From: Spirochaetia bacterium
GTDB taxonomy: Bacteria > Spirochaetota > Spirochaetia > SZUA-6 > Bin103
Direction of reading: 5' to 3'
Assembly (NCBI GenBank): GCA_965203515.1
Contig: OZ241907.1
Span: forward strand, 1,714,578-1,778,577
DNA length: 64,000 nt
Shown: piece by piece, positions 40,021 to 53,207 of the stretch
How the letters are laid out: every line of letters begins with the position of its first letter
Numbering within the stretch: the stretch's first letter is position 1
Program-made: the position numbers and the translations under genes
Notes under the pieces: model-generated
What the model saw: the letters and a program-made list of their open reading frames with translations, nothing else
What the model was told of the DNA's origin: nothing
Databases searched by the model: none

Positions 40021-41000
40021 GAATCGAGATCGATCACGACCTGGCAGGCGCCGTCGTCGCCGGAGCGCGACAGCTCATAGGCCCGCGCCGCGTCGTCGAT
40101 CGACAGGCGGTGGGTGATCAGTCCGTCGAAGTCGAAATCGCCGCGGGCCAGATGGTTGGTCGCCAGTCGATAGGCGTGGTAGCCGCCGGCCTCGTAGGTG
40201 GCCGGCGTCGACATCAGCACCGCGCACTGCTTCTGGTAGAGCACGCCGTAGTCGAGCGGAACGGTCGGCGCGCGCGGCTCGCCGTACAGCAGCAGGCGCC
40301 CCTCCGCGCGCACCAGCGCAAGCGCCAGGTTGATCGACGCCGCGGCGCCGGCCGCCTCCACCACCACGTCCGGGAGCGCGCCGGAGACCGCGGCCACCTG
40401 CGCCGCCGCATCGGCAGCGCCGCCGCCGGGATCGACTACGGCGGTGGCGCCGTAGCGCAACGCCGCCTCGCGCCGCGCGGCGATCGGGTCGATCCCGATC
40501 ACCTGCCGCGCGCCGGCGCGCCGCAGCACCGCGTCCAGCACCACGCCGGCCGGCCCCTGACCGACCACCGCCACCGACCGCCCCACGACGTCGCGGAGCC
40601 GGTCGGCCGCGATCAGGGCGCAGGCGAGCTGATGCACCAGCGCCAGCCGGTCGAGCGGCGTGTCGAGCGTCTGATGGATCAGCTCGCCGATCGGGACCAG
40701 GATCTGCTCCGCCAGTCCGTCGTAGCCGGGACGCCGGACGATGGCGACCTCGTCCACCACGAACGGCAGCGGCTTGACGCCGACGTACTCGATCGCCTCG
40801 ACGCGGCCCACGATCTGATGCGCGCACGTCGACTGAGCCAGCGGGTAGGAGCCGGGGGCGCCGTCGTAGACGCGGCGCGTGTCGCCGCCGCCGATGGCGA
40901 TGACCAGCGGTCGTACCACCGCGCTGCCGGGCCGGACCGTCAGATCGGCGACCTGATCCACTTCGACGCGGCCGGGCGCGACGATCCGGGCGCTCTTCAT
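40017..41000 (-). CDS. zinc-binding dehydrogenase (MDR family)
   Basis: VAVVGQGPAGVV Rossmann motif. ATGA overlap with the downstream gene. Confidence 0.7.
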   Translation of the reverse strand: MKSARIVAPGRVEVDQVADLTVRPGSAVVRPLVIAIGGGDTRRVYDGAPGSYPLAQSTCAHQIVGRVEAIEYVGVKPLPFVVDEVAIVRRPGYDGLAEQILVPIGELIHQTLDTPLDRLALVHQLACALIAADRLRDVVGRSVAVVGQGPAGVVLDAVLRRAGARQVIGIDPIAARREAALRYGATAVVDPGGGAADAAAQVAAVSGALPDVVVEAAGAAASINLALALVRAEGRLLLYGEPRAPTVPLDYGVLYQKQCAVLMSTPATYEAGGYHAYRLATNHLARGDFDFDGLITHRLSIDDAARAYELSRSGDDGACQVVIDLDS

Positions 41001-41059
41001 GCCGCCCCGATCCTACCGAACTGGCCGCAGGCGACAACAGCCCGATACAATCCGCACCG

Positions 41060-42376
41060 ATGAAGCTGCTGTTCATGGACCGGCGCGACGTGCATCGGCC
41101 CTGGGGCCACGTGCGGTTCCGGCCTACCCCGTTCCGGTATCTGGGCAGGACCGGGATGCGCGACGTCATCTGCTTTGCGGCGCCCCGACCCGACGGCGCT
41201 GCGGACGTGTTCCACTACCGGATGAGCCGCCACACGCCCTGGAAGCTGCTGCGCAGCGTGACGGCCGACGGCATCCGGTTCGAGGAGACGCACGTCGTCT
41301 GCGAGCGCTCGGAGCACAAGTGGCACTACGCCGCGCGCATGATGCACAGCCCGGAGCTGGAGCGTTACGTCTTCATGAAGAACGCGTTCCACGACGGCGA
41401 GATGCAGATGTACGTCTTCCACAGCCGCGACGGCGAACGCTGGGAGGAGCATGCTGGCGGCCCGGTGTTCGCCGAGGGCGACGCCTGGGGCGCGATGTGG
41501 TCTTCCGCCGCGCAGCGGTTCATCTACTACGGCAAGGGCTGGCAGCGCTGGGACAAGGGCGTGCACGACCTGGTGCTCAACGGCCGCCGGGTGGTGACGA
41601 TCCGCACGAGCCCGGACGGCTTCCGGTGGACGCCGGACTCCGCCAGCCGGTATTTCGAGGGATCGGAGTACCGCAACGACATGCTGCTGCTGCGCGGGCG
41701 GCTGGTGCCGATCGAGTTCCAGATCTCGCCGGACGATCGGGACCCGCCGGACCTGGAGTTCTACTCGGCCAACGCCTTCGCGTACGAGGGCCGCTATTAC
41801 CTCCACATGAACAACTACGCCGGCAGCTTCATCCAGCCCGGCATCGACCCGATGCGCGCCAATGGCCACGGCGTGTTCCTGCCCTGCGAGCGCTGGATCA
41901 GCCGCGACGGCCTGCACTGGAGCCGGCCGTTCCGGGAGATCGACGTGGGCGCGTTCGCGCTGCACAACCCGATCCTGGCGGGCGGCATGATGCTGTTTCA
42001 GCGCGGCGACCGCCTGCACGGGCTGCCGGCCGACCGGCTGACCTACGTGACCTCACCGACCAATTCCCGGTTCGAGACCGACGAGTTCCGGATGCCGGCC
42101 GGCCCGTTGCGGCTCAACGCCAAGATTCCCGGCGACGAGTACGACAACCAGGAGAACCAGGCCTACGTGATGGCGGAGCTGATCGACGCCCGCGATCGGG
42201 TGATCCCCGGCTACGAGCGGGACGGCTGCCTGCTGCAGGCGCCGCTCGACCGCCCCGACCACCCGCTGGTCTGGCGGAGCGAAGGCCGGCGCCGCGACGG
42301 CTCGGCGCTGGCCGGCTCGCCAGTGCGGGTCCGCTTCTACGCCCGCGCGTCCGCTGTCTACGCGCTCACCGGATAG
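41060..42376 (+). CDS. hypothetical protein (possible beta-propeller/glycoside-hydrolase-like)
   Basis: Track ORF, no shadow conflict, no recognisable motifs. Confidence 0.4.
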   Translation: MKLLFMDRRDVHRPWGHVRFRPTPFRYLGRTGMRDVICFAAPRPDGAADVFHYRMSRHTPWKLLRSVTADGIRFEETHVVCERSEHKWHYAARMMHSPELERYVFMKNAFHDGEMQMYVFHSRDGERWEEHAGGPVFAEGDAWGAMWSSAAQRFIYYGKGWQRWDKGVHDLVLNGRRVVTIRTSPDGFRWTPDSASRYFEGSEYRNDMLLLRGRLVPIEFQISPDDRDPPDLEFYSANAFAYEGRYYLHMNNYAGSFIQPGIDPMRANGHGVFLPCERWISRDGLHWSRPFREIDVGAFALHNPILAGGMMLFQRGDRLHGLPADRLTYVTSPTNSRFETDEFRMPAGPLRLNAKIPGDEYDNQENQAYVMAELIDARDRVIPGYERDGCLLQAPLDRPDHPLVWRSEGRRRDGSALAGSPVRVRFYARASAVYALTG

Positions 42377-42405
42377 CCGGTCGGCCGAGCGAGGCGTAGT
42401 ACCGA

Positions 42406-43734
42406 TCATTCGTCGGGAGGCGCCAACAACCATTCGCAGGCGGGCTGCGCCACGACGCCGGCCGGCAGGTCGTCGGGGATGCCGTCGCGAACGAGCGTCA
42501 GCAGCCGCTTGCCGGCGCCGGGGAACATCGCTCCGGCGGCGGCGAGCGCGCGCAGTTCACGGTTGGCGGTCGCCGCGTCGGAGAGGTCCGCGCAGACCTG
42601 GATCAGTTCCGCTTCGCCGCCGGCGCGCCGGGCCAGAAAGTCGACCTCGAACCCTTCCCGGCTCCGCACGTAGGTGACGTCATACCGGCGCCGTTCCAGC
42701 TCTACCAGGACGGCGGTCTCCAGCGCGTGGCCGACGTTCGCCCGGCCGGTGCGATCGAACAACGGGATCAATCCCGGATCGACCGGATACGCCTTGCGGG
42801 GGTTCACCATGCGCTGGCGCTCCGACCCGGATTCCATCCACACCAGCCGCACCAGGAAGCAGTCTTCCAGATGGGCCAGGAGCCGATGCAGCGTGTCCCT
42901 GCCGATCGCGATGCCCTGCGACCTGAGCGCGGCGTGAAACTTCTCCACGCTGAACATCGAGCCGGCGTTACCCAGAAGGTGACGGACCAGGGCGCGCAAA
43001 CCGACCACGTTGCGGACCTCGTGGCGCTCGATGACGTCGCGCAGCACCGCCACGTCGACGTAGTCGTGGAGCAGCCGGTGCCGCGACGCCGCGTCGAGAC
43101 CCTGCGCTTCCGGGAATCCGCCCGCCTGCAGCCAGTCGAGCAGCGCGCGCTCCACCTGGGACCGTTCTTTCGGGGCAAGAAAGCCCGGTTCCGCCGGGAC
43201 GGGCTGCCGCCGGTGACGCAGGGCCTCCTCGAACGAGAACGGATGCATCACCACCTGCCACGCACGGCCGCGGAGCGCGGTGGCGATCTCCCGCGACAAC
43301 AACGCGGCCGACGAACCGGTGACGAACACCCGCACCCGGTCGGTGTCGAGCAGGCGGCGCACGAACCGCTCCCACCCGGCGACCATCTGCACCTCGTCGA
43401 AGCACCACGTCACCTCGACGTCGTGAAGGTCGGGAAACCGCCGGTAGTACTCTTCCACCGCCAACCCCAGGTCGCGGCCGTCGAGCCCGGCCAGCCGTTC
43501 GTCCTCGAACGACAGGTACGGCAGGCGCTCCCGGGGCACGCCGCGATCGACGAGGTCGCGGCGCATCCGGTGGAGGAAGGCGGTCTTGCCCGCGCGGCGG
43601 ATGCCGGTGACCGCGGTCGCCTTGCCGGCGAACCAAAGCCGGCCGAAGACGCGGCGGGCCGTGTACTCCGGCAGCGGCCGTCGCAGGGAATCGGCGAGCT
43701 GCTCGGACAGGACCCGACGCTGCAGGTCATCCAT
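42406..43734 (-). CDS. AAA+ ATPase with DUF4143 (AAA_14 family), paralog 2
   Basis: GIRRAGKT Walker A, WCFDEVQ Walker B. Strong SD AAGGAGAA 8 nt upstream of the ATG. Confidence 0.7.
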   Translation of the reverse strand: MDDLQRRVLSEQLADSLRRPLPEYTARRVFGRLWFAGKATAVTGIRRAGKTAFLHRMRRDLVDRGVPRERLPYLSFEDERLAGLDGRDLGLAVEEYYRRFPDLHDVEVTWCFDEVQMVAGWERFVRRLLDTDRVRVFVTGSSAALLSREIATALRGRAWQVVMHPFSFEEALRHRRQPVPAEPGFLAPKERSQVERALLDWLQAGGFPEAQGLDAASRHRLLHDYVDVAVLRDVIERHEVRNVVGLRALVRHLLGNAGSMFSVEKFHAALRSQGIAIGRDTLHRLLAHLEDCFLVRLVWMESGSERQRMVNPRKAYPVDPGLIPLFDRTGRANVGHALETAVLVELERRRYDVTYVRSREGFEVDFLARRAGGEAELIQVCADLSDAATANRELRALAAAGAMFPGAGKRLLTLVRDGIPDDLPAGVVAQPACEWLLAPPDE

Positions 43735-43740
43735 GTCGTC

Positions 43741-43800
43741 AATGTTCTCCTTGCGAAAAGGAGAAGATACCCGATTTTTCTCCTTTCTGAAAGGAGAAAT
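43741..43800 (-). promoter_or_regulatory. two tandem SD/anti-SD hairpins in the 5' leader of the DUF4143 ATPase gene
   Basis: TTCTCCTT-GCGAA-AAGGAGAA (8-bp stem) and TTTCTCCTTTC-T-GAAAGGAGAAA in a locally AT-rich region. The first hairpin contains the gene's SD. Confidence 0.45.
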
Positions 43801-43874
43801 TATCTTAGAAGGCCTTACTTCAATGGAATACTATCTTTCACTGCAACTGAATCCCGACATATGTCTGCCCGGAC

Positions 43875-44612
43875 TCACGCCCTCAGCGTCTCGGCCAAGG
43901 CGATGCAGTCGTCCGCGGTCAGGCCATGCGGAGCGGCCGGCGCCTCGGCGCTCCCGTTCGGTCCCCACTCCTGCGGCCGCGGCAGAAAGGCGGTGCGAAA
44001 GCCGACCGCCCGCGCCCCGCGCAGGTCGTCGTCATGCGCCGCCACCATGAGGATCCGCTCCGGCGGCAGGCTCAGGCGAGCGGCTGCGGTGGTATAGACC
44101 GCCGGCGCCGGCTTGTAGGTGCGCGCGTGCTCGGCCGACAGGATGCGGTCGAAGCGCAACCGGTTGTAACTCGCCAAGTCCTCCAGCAGCAAGACGTTGC
44201 CGTTCGAGAGCGCGCAGACCCTGAAGCGCCCGCGCAGCCGCTCCAGCCCCTCCCGCACGTCGGGCCATGACGGCAACCGGTGCCAGGCGTGGTTGAGCCG
44301 GCGGCGATCGTCTTCCTCGATCCCCAGGCCGAGATCGGCCAGCAACCGGTCGAGTATCTCCCGGTGCAGCACGTCGATCGGCGCCCACGGGCGCCGGCCG
44401 CTGCGCACCTCTTCCATCGCCGGCTCGTAGCCGCCGCGCCACGCGTCGGCGAACCGCGCCCAGTCCGTGTCGATACCGGTCCGCCCGCGCAGTTCCCGGC
44501 CGGCGTCGATCACCCCGGTGCGCCAGTCGACCAGCGTGCCGAACACGTCGAAGGTGACCGCTTCGATCGATCCGGGGGCCGGTCCGTCGCCGTCGTTGCC
44601 GCGCTGCGCCAC
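43875..44612 (-). CDS. haloacid dehalogenase type II (HAD superfamily)
   Basis: VTFDVFGTLVDW (DxYGTL-like motif I); family C-terminal motifs. Confidence 0.7.
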   Translation of the reverse strand: MAQRGNDGDGPAPGSIEAVTFDVFGTLVDWRTGVIDAGRELRGRTGIDTDWARFADAWRGGYEPAMEEVRSGRRPWAPIDVLHREILDRLLADLGLGIEEDDRRRLNHAWHRLPSWPDVREGLERLRGRFRVCALSNGNVLLLEDLASYNRLRFDRILSAEHARTYKPAPAVYTTAAARLSLPPERILMVAAHDDDLRGARAVGFRTAFLPRPQEWGPNGSAEAPAAPHGLTADDCIALAETLRA

Positions 44613-44668
44613 GTCGCCGCATCATAGCAGCCCGCACGGTGCCCCGGGGCGCCGGAGGAGGAGCGCCG

Positions 44669-46213
44669 ATGCCATACTCGCCCGACGCCGACCTGCCCGC
44701 CCGCATCGCGTTCGCCATGGCGTACGTGAGCCGCTGGTGCGAGCGCAGTCTGAACGCCGGCGTCCCGGATCCGCACAACTACGGCCGGGCGGTCGACGCG
44801 CTCCTGAAGGGAGCCGCGGCGAGCGGTACGCCGGCCCCGGAGCCGATCGTCGACCGCCTGCGCACCGTGCTGTTGGAACTGACCGACAACCCGCTGGGAT
44901 TCCCGTACGCCAACGGCCGAACCGATCCGCACGACCTGCGCGAGATCGTGCAGGCGTTCACGGAGCTCGGTACCGCCCGCGACGACCGCGCCGCCCGCGC
45001 GCGGTTGGGCCGGCTGCTCGACGCATGGCTGCGCCTCACCAACCCGGACGGCACGTGGCGGGCCGATCCGGTAGCGGCCGAGCCCGGCCTGCGCCACCCG
45101 GGCTTCACCGACGACCGCCACGGAGTCGAGTCCCCGCCGCCGCGCTCGCGGACGCGGGCCGTGATGGCGCTCACCCACCTCTTCCGCCTCACCGGCGATC
45201 AGCGCGCCCTGGAGCTGGCCGACCGCTTCGTGCGGCTGGCGCGCGCCAAGGCGTTCACGGATGACGGCCGGCTCACCATGCAGGCCGGCGTCCATACCCA
45301 CTCGGTGACCGGCGCCGTGCACGGCCTTGCCGACTACGGGCTGCTGATCGGCGATCTGGACATCGTCGAACACGCCCGCCGCATCTTCGACGTGGGACTG
45401 GCTCCCACGCGCAGCAGCTTCGGCTGGTCGATCGAGAGCCTGGGAAACGAGCGCGTGCCCGGCCGCGGCGAGATCAACAACACCGGCGACATGATCCAGA
45501 CGGCGATCGTGCTGGGACTGGCCGGCCGGCCCGAGTACTTCGGCGTGGCCGAGCGCATGATCCGCAGCCACGTGCTGCCGAGCCAGTGGCTCGTCGGGCA
45601 GGAGATACTCCGGCCGGCGGACGCTCCCGATTACGCGATGACCGCCTTTCCGCGGGAAGCCGACGGCGGCTGGGGGTTTCCCGGCCCCTCGGACCGCCAC
45701 GTCCCCGACCCGCTGGGGATCGCCAACAGCGTGCTGGACATCACGCAGGGCGGCATCCAGTGCCTGTGGGCCGCGCTCCGCCGCGGATCGACGCGCCGCG
45801 GCGCGGACACGCGGCTCAACCTGCTATTCTCCAGCGACCAGGCCGCCGCGCGCACTCGCAGCCGGCTGCCCGGCGCGGGTGAGGTGACGGTGACCATGCC
45901 GGCCGCCGGCCGCCTGTGGGTGCGCACGCCGGACTGGTTGCCGCCGGAGGAGCTGGCCGTCGACCGCGTCGATCAGGCCGGCGGCCCGCTCGGCTTGCTG
46001 CGCATCGCGCCGTGGGCGGTGACCGATCCGCTGCCGACGGGCGCGGAGGTGCGGGTGCGCTTCAGGCCGGTGCGCCGCGTGGAGGAGGAGTGGAGCTACT
46101 GGCAGCGGTACCGCATGGCGTTCGAAGGCGATACCCTGGTGGAGATGAGCCCGCGCGGCCGCCACGCGCCGATGTTCCCGGCGCTCCGCAGCCCGGCCGA
46201 ACGGACGCGCTGA
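44669..46213 (+). CDS. hypothetical protein (possibly alpha/alpha-toroid glycoside-hydrolase-like)
   Basis: Track ORF 44639..46213. Internal ATG 44669 (MPYSPDADL) chosen. Confidence 0.4.
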   Translation: MPYSPDADLPARIAFAMAYVSRWCERSLNAGVPDPHNYGRAVDALLKGAAASGTPAPEPIVDRLRTVLLELTDNPLGFPYANGRTDPHDLREIVQAFTELGTARDDRAARARLGRLLDAWLRLTNPDGTWRADPVAAEPGLRHPGFTDDRHGVESPPPRSRTRAVMALTHLFRLTGDQRALELADRFVRLARAKAFTDDGRLTMQAGVHTHSVTGAVHGLADYGLLIGDLDIVEHARRIFDVGLAPTRSSFGWSIESLGNERVPGRGEINNTGDMIQTAIVLGLAGRPEYFGVAERMIRSHVLPSQWLVGQEILRPADAPDYAMTAFPREADGGWGFPGPSDRHVPDPLGIANSVLDITQGGIQCLWAALRRGSTRRGADTRLNLLFSSDQAAARTRSRLPGAGEVTVTMPAAGRLWVRTPDWLPPEELAVDRVDQAGGPLGLLRIAPWAVTDPLPTGAEVRVRFRPVRRVEEEWSYWQRYRMAFEGDTLVEMSPRGRHAPMFPALRSPAERTR

Positions 46214-46252
46214 GCGGACCGGCTCAGCGCGGACCGGCTCAGCCCAGACCGC

Positions 46253-47893
46253 TCAGCCCGGCCGCGGCGAGTCCGGCCAGATGCCGTCCGGGTACTCGTA
46301 GCGCAGCTCCAGCTCGACGTCCTCTACGGTGATGGCGAACTCCGCGGCCAGCCGTTCGTTGCGCTTGGCCATGCGCAGGGTCACCTCGTTGCGGCCGCGC
46401 CGCGGCAGATGGTCCGACAGGTCGTACTCGAACCAGTCCCGCCCGGTCCAGCGCATGCAGTACGCGCCGGGACGCTGCGGCGTGGCGCACTCCAGCAACT
46501 CGCCGTTCAGCCTCACCTCCACCTGGTCGTACACGGTCATGTTCCGCAGGTGGACGCGCAGCCGGCACCCGCTCAGACGGTCCGCCTTGCCGCGCGCGTC
46601 ATCCGCCACCTCAATCGTGATCGGCAGCGGCCGGGAGCCGAGCACCGCCGGTATCTGCCGCTCGGTCCGCAGGCAATTGGGGAACGAGTCGTGCGAACGC
46701 ATGACCACGTAGGTCTTGTCCTTGCACTCCAGCCGCAGCGGGCTGCCTATGTCGTCCAGCGCGTCGCGGTTGTCGTAGTTGTAGGTGGGAGCGGTGCCGA
46801 AGTAGTTGAACACGTACAGGCCGGGGACGCCCTTCGCCAGATGGCGGGCGGCGATCGCGCGCGTCATCTCATTGGTCATGCGCGTCATGATCGGCGTGCG
46901 GATGAACCAGCGCTTGTCGTCGGCGTCGCCGGCCAGGTAGCCCTCCTCGATCGCGGGATATACCTGCACGTCGGTCGACGCGGTCAGCTCGACCCACTCG
47001 CTCACGTCCTCCTCCACGTCCTGCCCGAAGAAGCAGGACGGCACCAGCAGGTCGACCAGGCCGTCGCGCACCCAGGAGCGTACGTCCAGCCCCAGCCGTT
47101 CGCTGCCGGCGATGGTGTTGGGCACGCGCGCGGCAAAGCCGATCGGCCGGCCGCGCGCGTCGCCGATGCGGTCGAGCCCGGCGCGCATCTGCCGCATCAG
47201 GTCGGTCATGAGCGGCATGCCGGCCTGCTCCGCGCCGCGCTTGAAGTAGCCGGGGCAGCGCATGAAGTCGCACAGGAACCCGTCCACGTCGTAGCGCTCG
47301 CACGCCTCGAACGCCAGGTCGCGCCGCAGGTCGCGGACCTCCCGGTGGGCGTAGTCCTGGAAGAAGCGGAGCACGTTCCACAGGTTTTTCGGCCAGCCGG
47401 CGGCGCCGTCCTCGCCGATCAGGTATTCGGGATGCTCGGCGAAGAACTCGCCCGACCAGAGGTTGGCGTCGTCGGCGTCCGCCCCCCAGTGGTGCCAGTC
47501 GTTCATGGCCAGCCGGAACCAGAAGTCGACGCCGATCCGCTTGGCCTCCCGCACCTTGACCGCTTCCGGGTCGATGCCGGCGGCGAACGCCAGGCGCAGG
47601 TGCTCGGCGTGGCGCCACAGCTTGAGGTCGCCCACGCGGGCGCCCCGCTGCATGCGATCGACGATGAACTCCGCGCCCTCGACCTGCGTCGGCCACCCCA
47701 CGGTGAAGCCGGCGTTGGAGCCCATGGCGCCGACGTAGGCGTCGACCGGGCGGCCCTGGAAGAAGCCGAAGTGCGCCTGCGCTATCCGTTCCGCCGAGAT
47801 CGGCGGGTGATAGAACATCTCCTGCCCCGCGTTCTGGTCCCACATGACCCGGTAGCGCCGCACGCGCCGGTCCCCGCTCCGATCGTCAGCCAC
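46253..47893 (-). CDS. hypothetical protein, putative glycoside hydrolase-like
   Basis: Track ORF 546 aa. Start may be the internal ATG (MWDQNAGQ) at 47845. Confidence 0.4.
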   Translation of the reverse strand: MADDRSGDRRVRRYRVMWDQNAGQEMFYHPPISAERIAQAHFGFFQGRPVDAYVGAMGSNAGFTVGWPTQVEGAEFIVDRMQRGARVGDLKLWRHAEHLRLAFAAGIDPEAVKVREAKRIGVDFWFRLAMNDWHHWGADADDANLWSGEFFAEHPEYLIGEDGAAGWPKNLWNVLRFFQDYAHREVRDLRRDLAFEACERYDVDGFLCDFMRCPGYFKRGAEQAGMPLMTDLMRQMRAGLDRIGDARGRPIGFAARVPNTIAGSERLGLDVRSWVRDGLVDLLVPSCFFGQDVEEDVSEWVELTASTDVQVYPAIEEGYLAGDADDKRWFIRTPIMTRMTNEMTRAIAARHLAKGVPGLYVFNYFGTAPTYNYDNRDALDDIGSPLRLECKDKTYVVMRSHDSFPNCLRTERQIPAVLGSRPLPITIEVADDARGKADRLSGCRLRVHLRNMTVYDQVEVRLNGELLECATPQRPGAYCMRWTGRDWFEYDLSDHLPRRGRNEVTLRMAKRNERLAAEFAITVEDVELELRYEYPDGIWPDSPRPG

Positions 47894-47967
47894 CGTTTCG
47901 ACCTCCGTGTCATGCTACTATTGCATCTAACGCCTGCGTTCGCCAGGACGCAGCGCAAGGGAGGGAC

Positions 47968-48763
47968 GATGACCGCCACGCAGAAGTATCTCTTCGACCT
48001 GCAGGGCTTCCTGATCGTCGAGGACGTGCTCTCGGACGAGGAATGCGAGCTTGCCAAGCGCAAGATAGACGAGCGCATGGAGCCGATGGACAAGACGCCG
48101 GACGGCTACGACGCGAACGGCACCTGGCACCGCGCCTGGGGGCTGGTCAACGCCGGCGAGCCGTTCACCACGCTGATCGACCATCCCAAGCTGATCTCGG
48201 TGCTCACCGAGATCATCGGCCCCAAGTTGCGGTTGGAAGGCAACTACAGCTTCGTGCGCTCGAAGGGCTGCCCGCACTTCGAGATGCACGGCGGCCACCG
48301 CGGCGGCCGGGTCAACTTCCGCTACTACGTGCATGGCGATCAGATCTACACCGGGCTCACCGTCGTGTCGTTCACCCTGCAGGACATCGCCGAGGAGGAC
48401 GGCGGCTTCGCCTGCATCCCCGGCTCGCACAAGTCCGACTTCAACGTCCCGCGCGAGGACCACAAGCGCCTGTTCGCGATCGACGGCCCGCTGGTCCGCA
48501 ACATCGCCGCGCCCAAAGGCTCGGCCATCATCTTCACGGAGACGCTCGCGCACGGCGCCGCCTCCTGGCAGGGGGACGAGCCCCGCTACGGGGTGTTCTA
48601 CAAGTACAACGACCGCGCGGCGACCTACGGCTACCGGCCCTATCGGCTCCCCGGCAAGGAGACGCTGGCCACGCTCACGCCGGCGCAGCGCGTCTTCTTC
48701 AACGGCACGTGGGAGGCGTTCGGCCCGGAGGACAACCCGCACAACGAGTACGCCGAGGCGTAG
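47968..48763 (+). CDS. phytanoyl-CoA dioxygenase (PhyH) family protein
   Basis: RBS AAGGGAGGG before ATG 47968. 2OG-Fe(II) oxygenase-like His/Asp residues. Confidence 0.55.
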
Positions 48764-48787
48764 CCGTTCCGGGGGTCGGGCGCAGGA

Positions 48788-51922
<3,135 letters not shown>

Positions 51923-51953
51923 CGCCCGTCCTCCCCTGTGACGATGACGAATC

Positions 51954-53021
51954 TCACCGTGCCGGCCCGCCGCTGATCACGTTCGCCTTCCAAAGTTGGC
52001 CCAGAGAGTACTCCTTTAGCCAGTCCTGCAGGCGATCCGGGTCCAGCCGCTCGAAGGCCGACTCGCCATCCCGGCGATCGACCACCACGATGTCTTCCGG
52101 CCGAAACTCGCTGACCAGGTCGGCGGATTGCGTGGAGACGATCACCTGCCGCGCTTCACTCGCCGACTGCAGCATCTCCGCCAGCAGCGTAAGCGCGAAC
52201 GGATGCAGCCCCAGTTCCGGCTCATCGATCAGAATCAGCCGCGGCTGCATCGCGGTCGGCTGCAGAAGCAGGGTGGCAAGGCACAGGAAGCGGAGCGTGC
52301 CGTCCGAAAGCTGAAGCGGTCCCAGCGGCGTATCGGCATCGTCGACGTGGTGCCATTCGAGCTCCATGCGCTCATCGACATCCCTGCGATAGACGAAGCC
52401 GCCGAAGAACGGCGCGGCCAGCCGCACGGCGTCGACGATCTCGCGGTGCTCGTGCGGATGGCGTTCATGGAGCAAGCGCAGGAATGGCCCCAGGTTGGCC
52501 CCGTCCGGCTTCAACCGCAGGTTGTCGCGCACCGCCTGCGGGCAGCGCATGCCCGCAACCTCACTGGTATCGTGAAAGTGATACACCCGCCAGTCCCGCA
52601 TCGCCGGCAGCACGTAAGCCGCAAAGTCGCCGCCCTCGATACTCGCCGCCTGCGCTTCCAGGTGGCCCGACCAAGTCGATCTTTCCGGAAAAACGTGCTC
52701 TCGCGCGAACGCCATTCCGTCCGCCACCGGCTCAAGCGAAAAGCCGTATCGGCGGCTGTTGCCGTTGAAGGACAACTCCACGTCCAGACCCGAAGTCCGC
52801 CGGCGACCGCCGAACAGCAGAGCGTCCGCTCTCCCCTCCCGCTTGACGAACAGTTGGAGTCTCTTCGCGGCAAGTTCGGACACCATCCGAAACAGACTCA
52901 TCAAGTTGCTCTTGCCCGCTCCGTTCGCTCCGACGAGGACATTCAGTCCGCGCAACTCGAAGTCCTCCAGCACCCGAATCGACTTGAAGCCGCGAACGGA
53001 CAGTCGGTCTATCGCAGCCAT
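51954..53021 (-). CDS. AAA_21/ABC-type ATPase (OLD/Abi-like NTPase domain only)
   Basis: [13 protein letters not shown] Walker [14 protein letters not shown] Walker B/D-loop. Internal ATG ([14 protein letters not shown]) chosen. Confidence 0.6.
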   Translation of the reverse strand: MAAIDRLSVRGFKSIRVLEDFELRGLNVLVGANGAGKSNLMSLFRMVSELAAKRLQLFVKREGRADALLFGGRRRTSGLDVELSFNGNSRRYGFSLEPVADGMAFAREHVFPERSTWSGHLEAQAASIEGGDFAAYVLPAMRDWRVYHFHDTSEVAGMRCPQAVRDNLRLKPDGANLGPFLRLLHERHPHEHREIVDAVRLAAPFFGGFVYRRDVDERMELEWHHVDDADTPLGPLQLSDGTLRFLCLATLLLQPTAMQPRLILIDEPELGLHPFALTLLAEMLQSASEARQVIVSTQSADLVSEFRPEDIVVVDRRDGESAFERLDPDRLQDWLKEYSLGQLWKANVISGGPAR

Positions 53022-53207
53022 GTCGTGTCTCTCGCTTCGAGAAGCTGGGCGTCCCATACGCGAATGACGACCTTCGTCGCCGCGACCGTCTCGTGCATCA
53101 TCCTCATTCGCGCCACAGGTACCGACTCAGACTTCGGCGCCGAAGTCCCGCCCCGCCCACAGTCCGACTCTGCCCTCTCCCGCTGCCGGTCATCGCCGCT
53201 AGCGACT

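Noticed and set aside
37772-41169. Minus ORF 37772..39955 (727 aa) and minus ORF 40075..41169 (364 aa)
   Set aside because: The first is antisense to the mutarotase and off-frame over the C45 peptidase. The second is off-frame over the MDR dehydrogenase. Both are Arg/Gly/Pro-rich junk.
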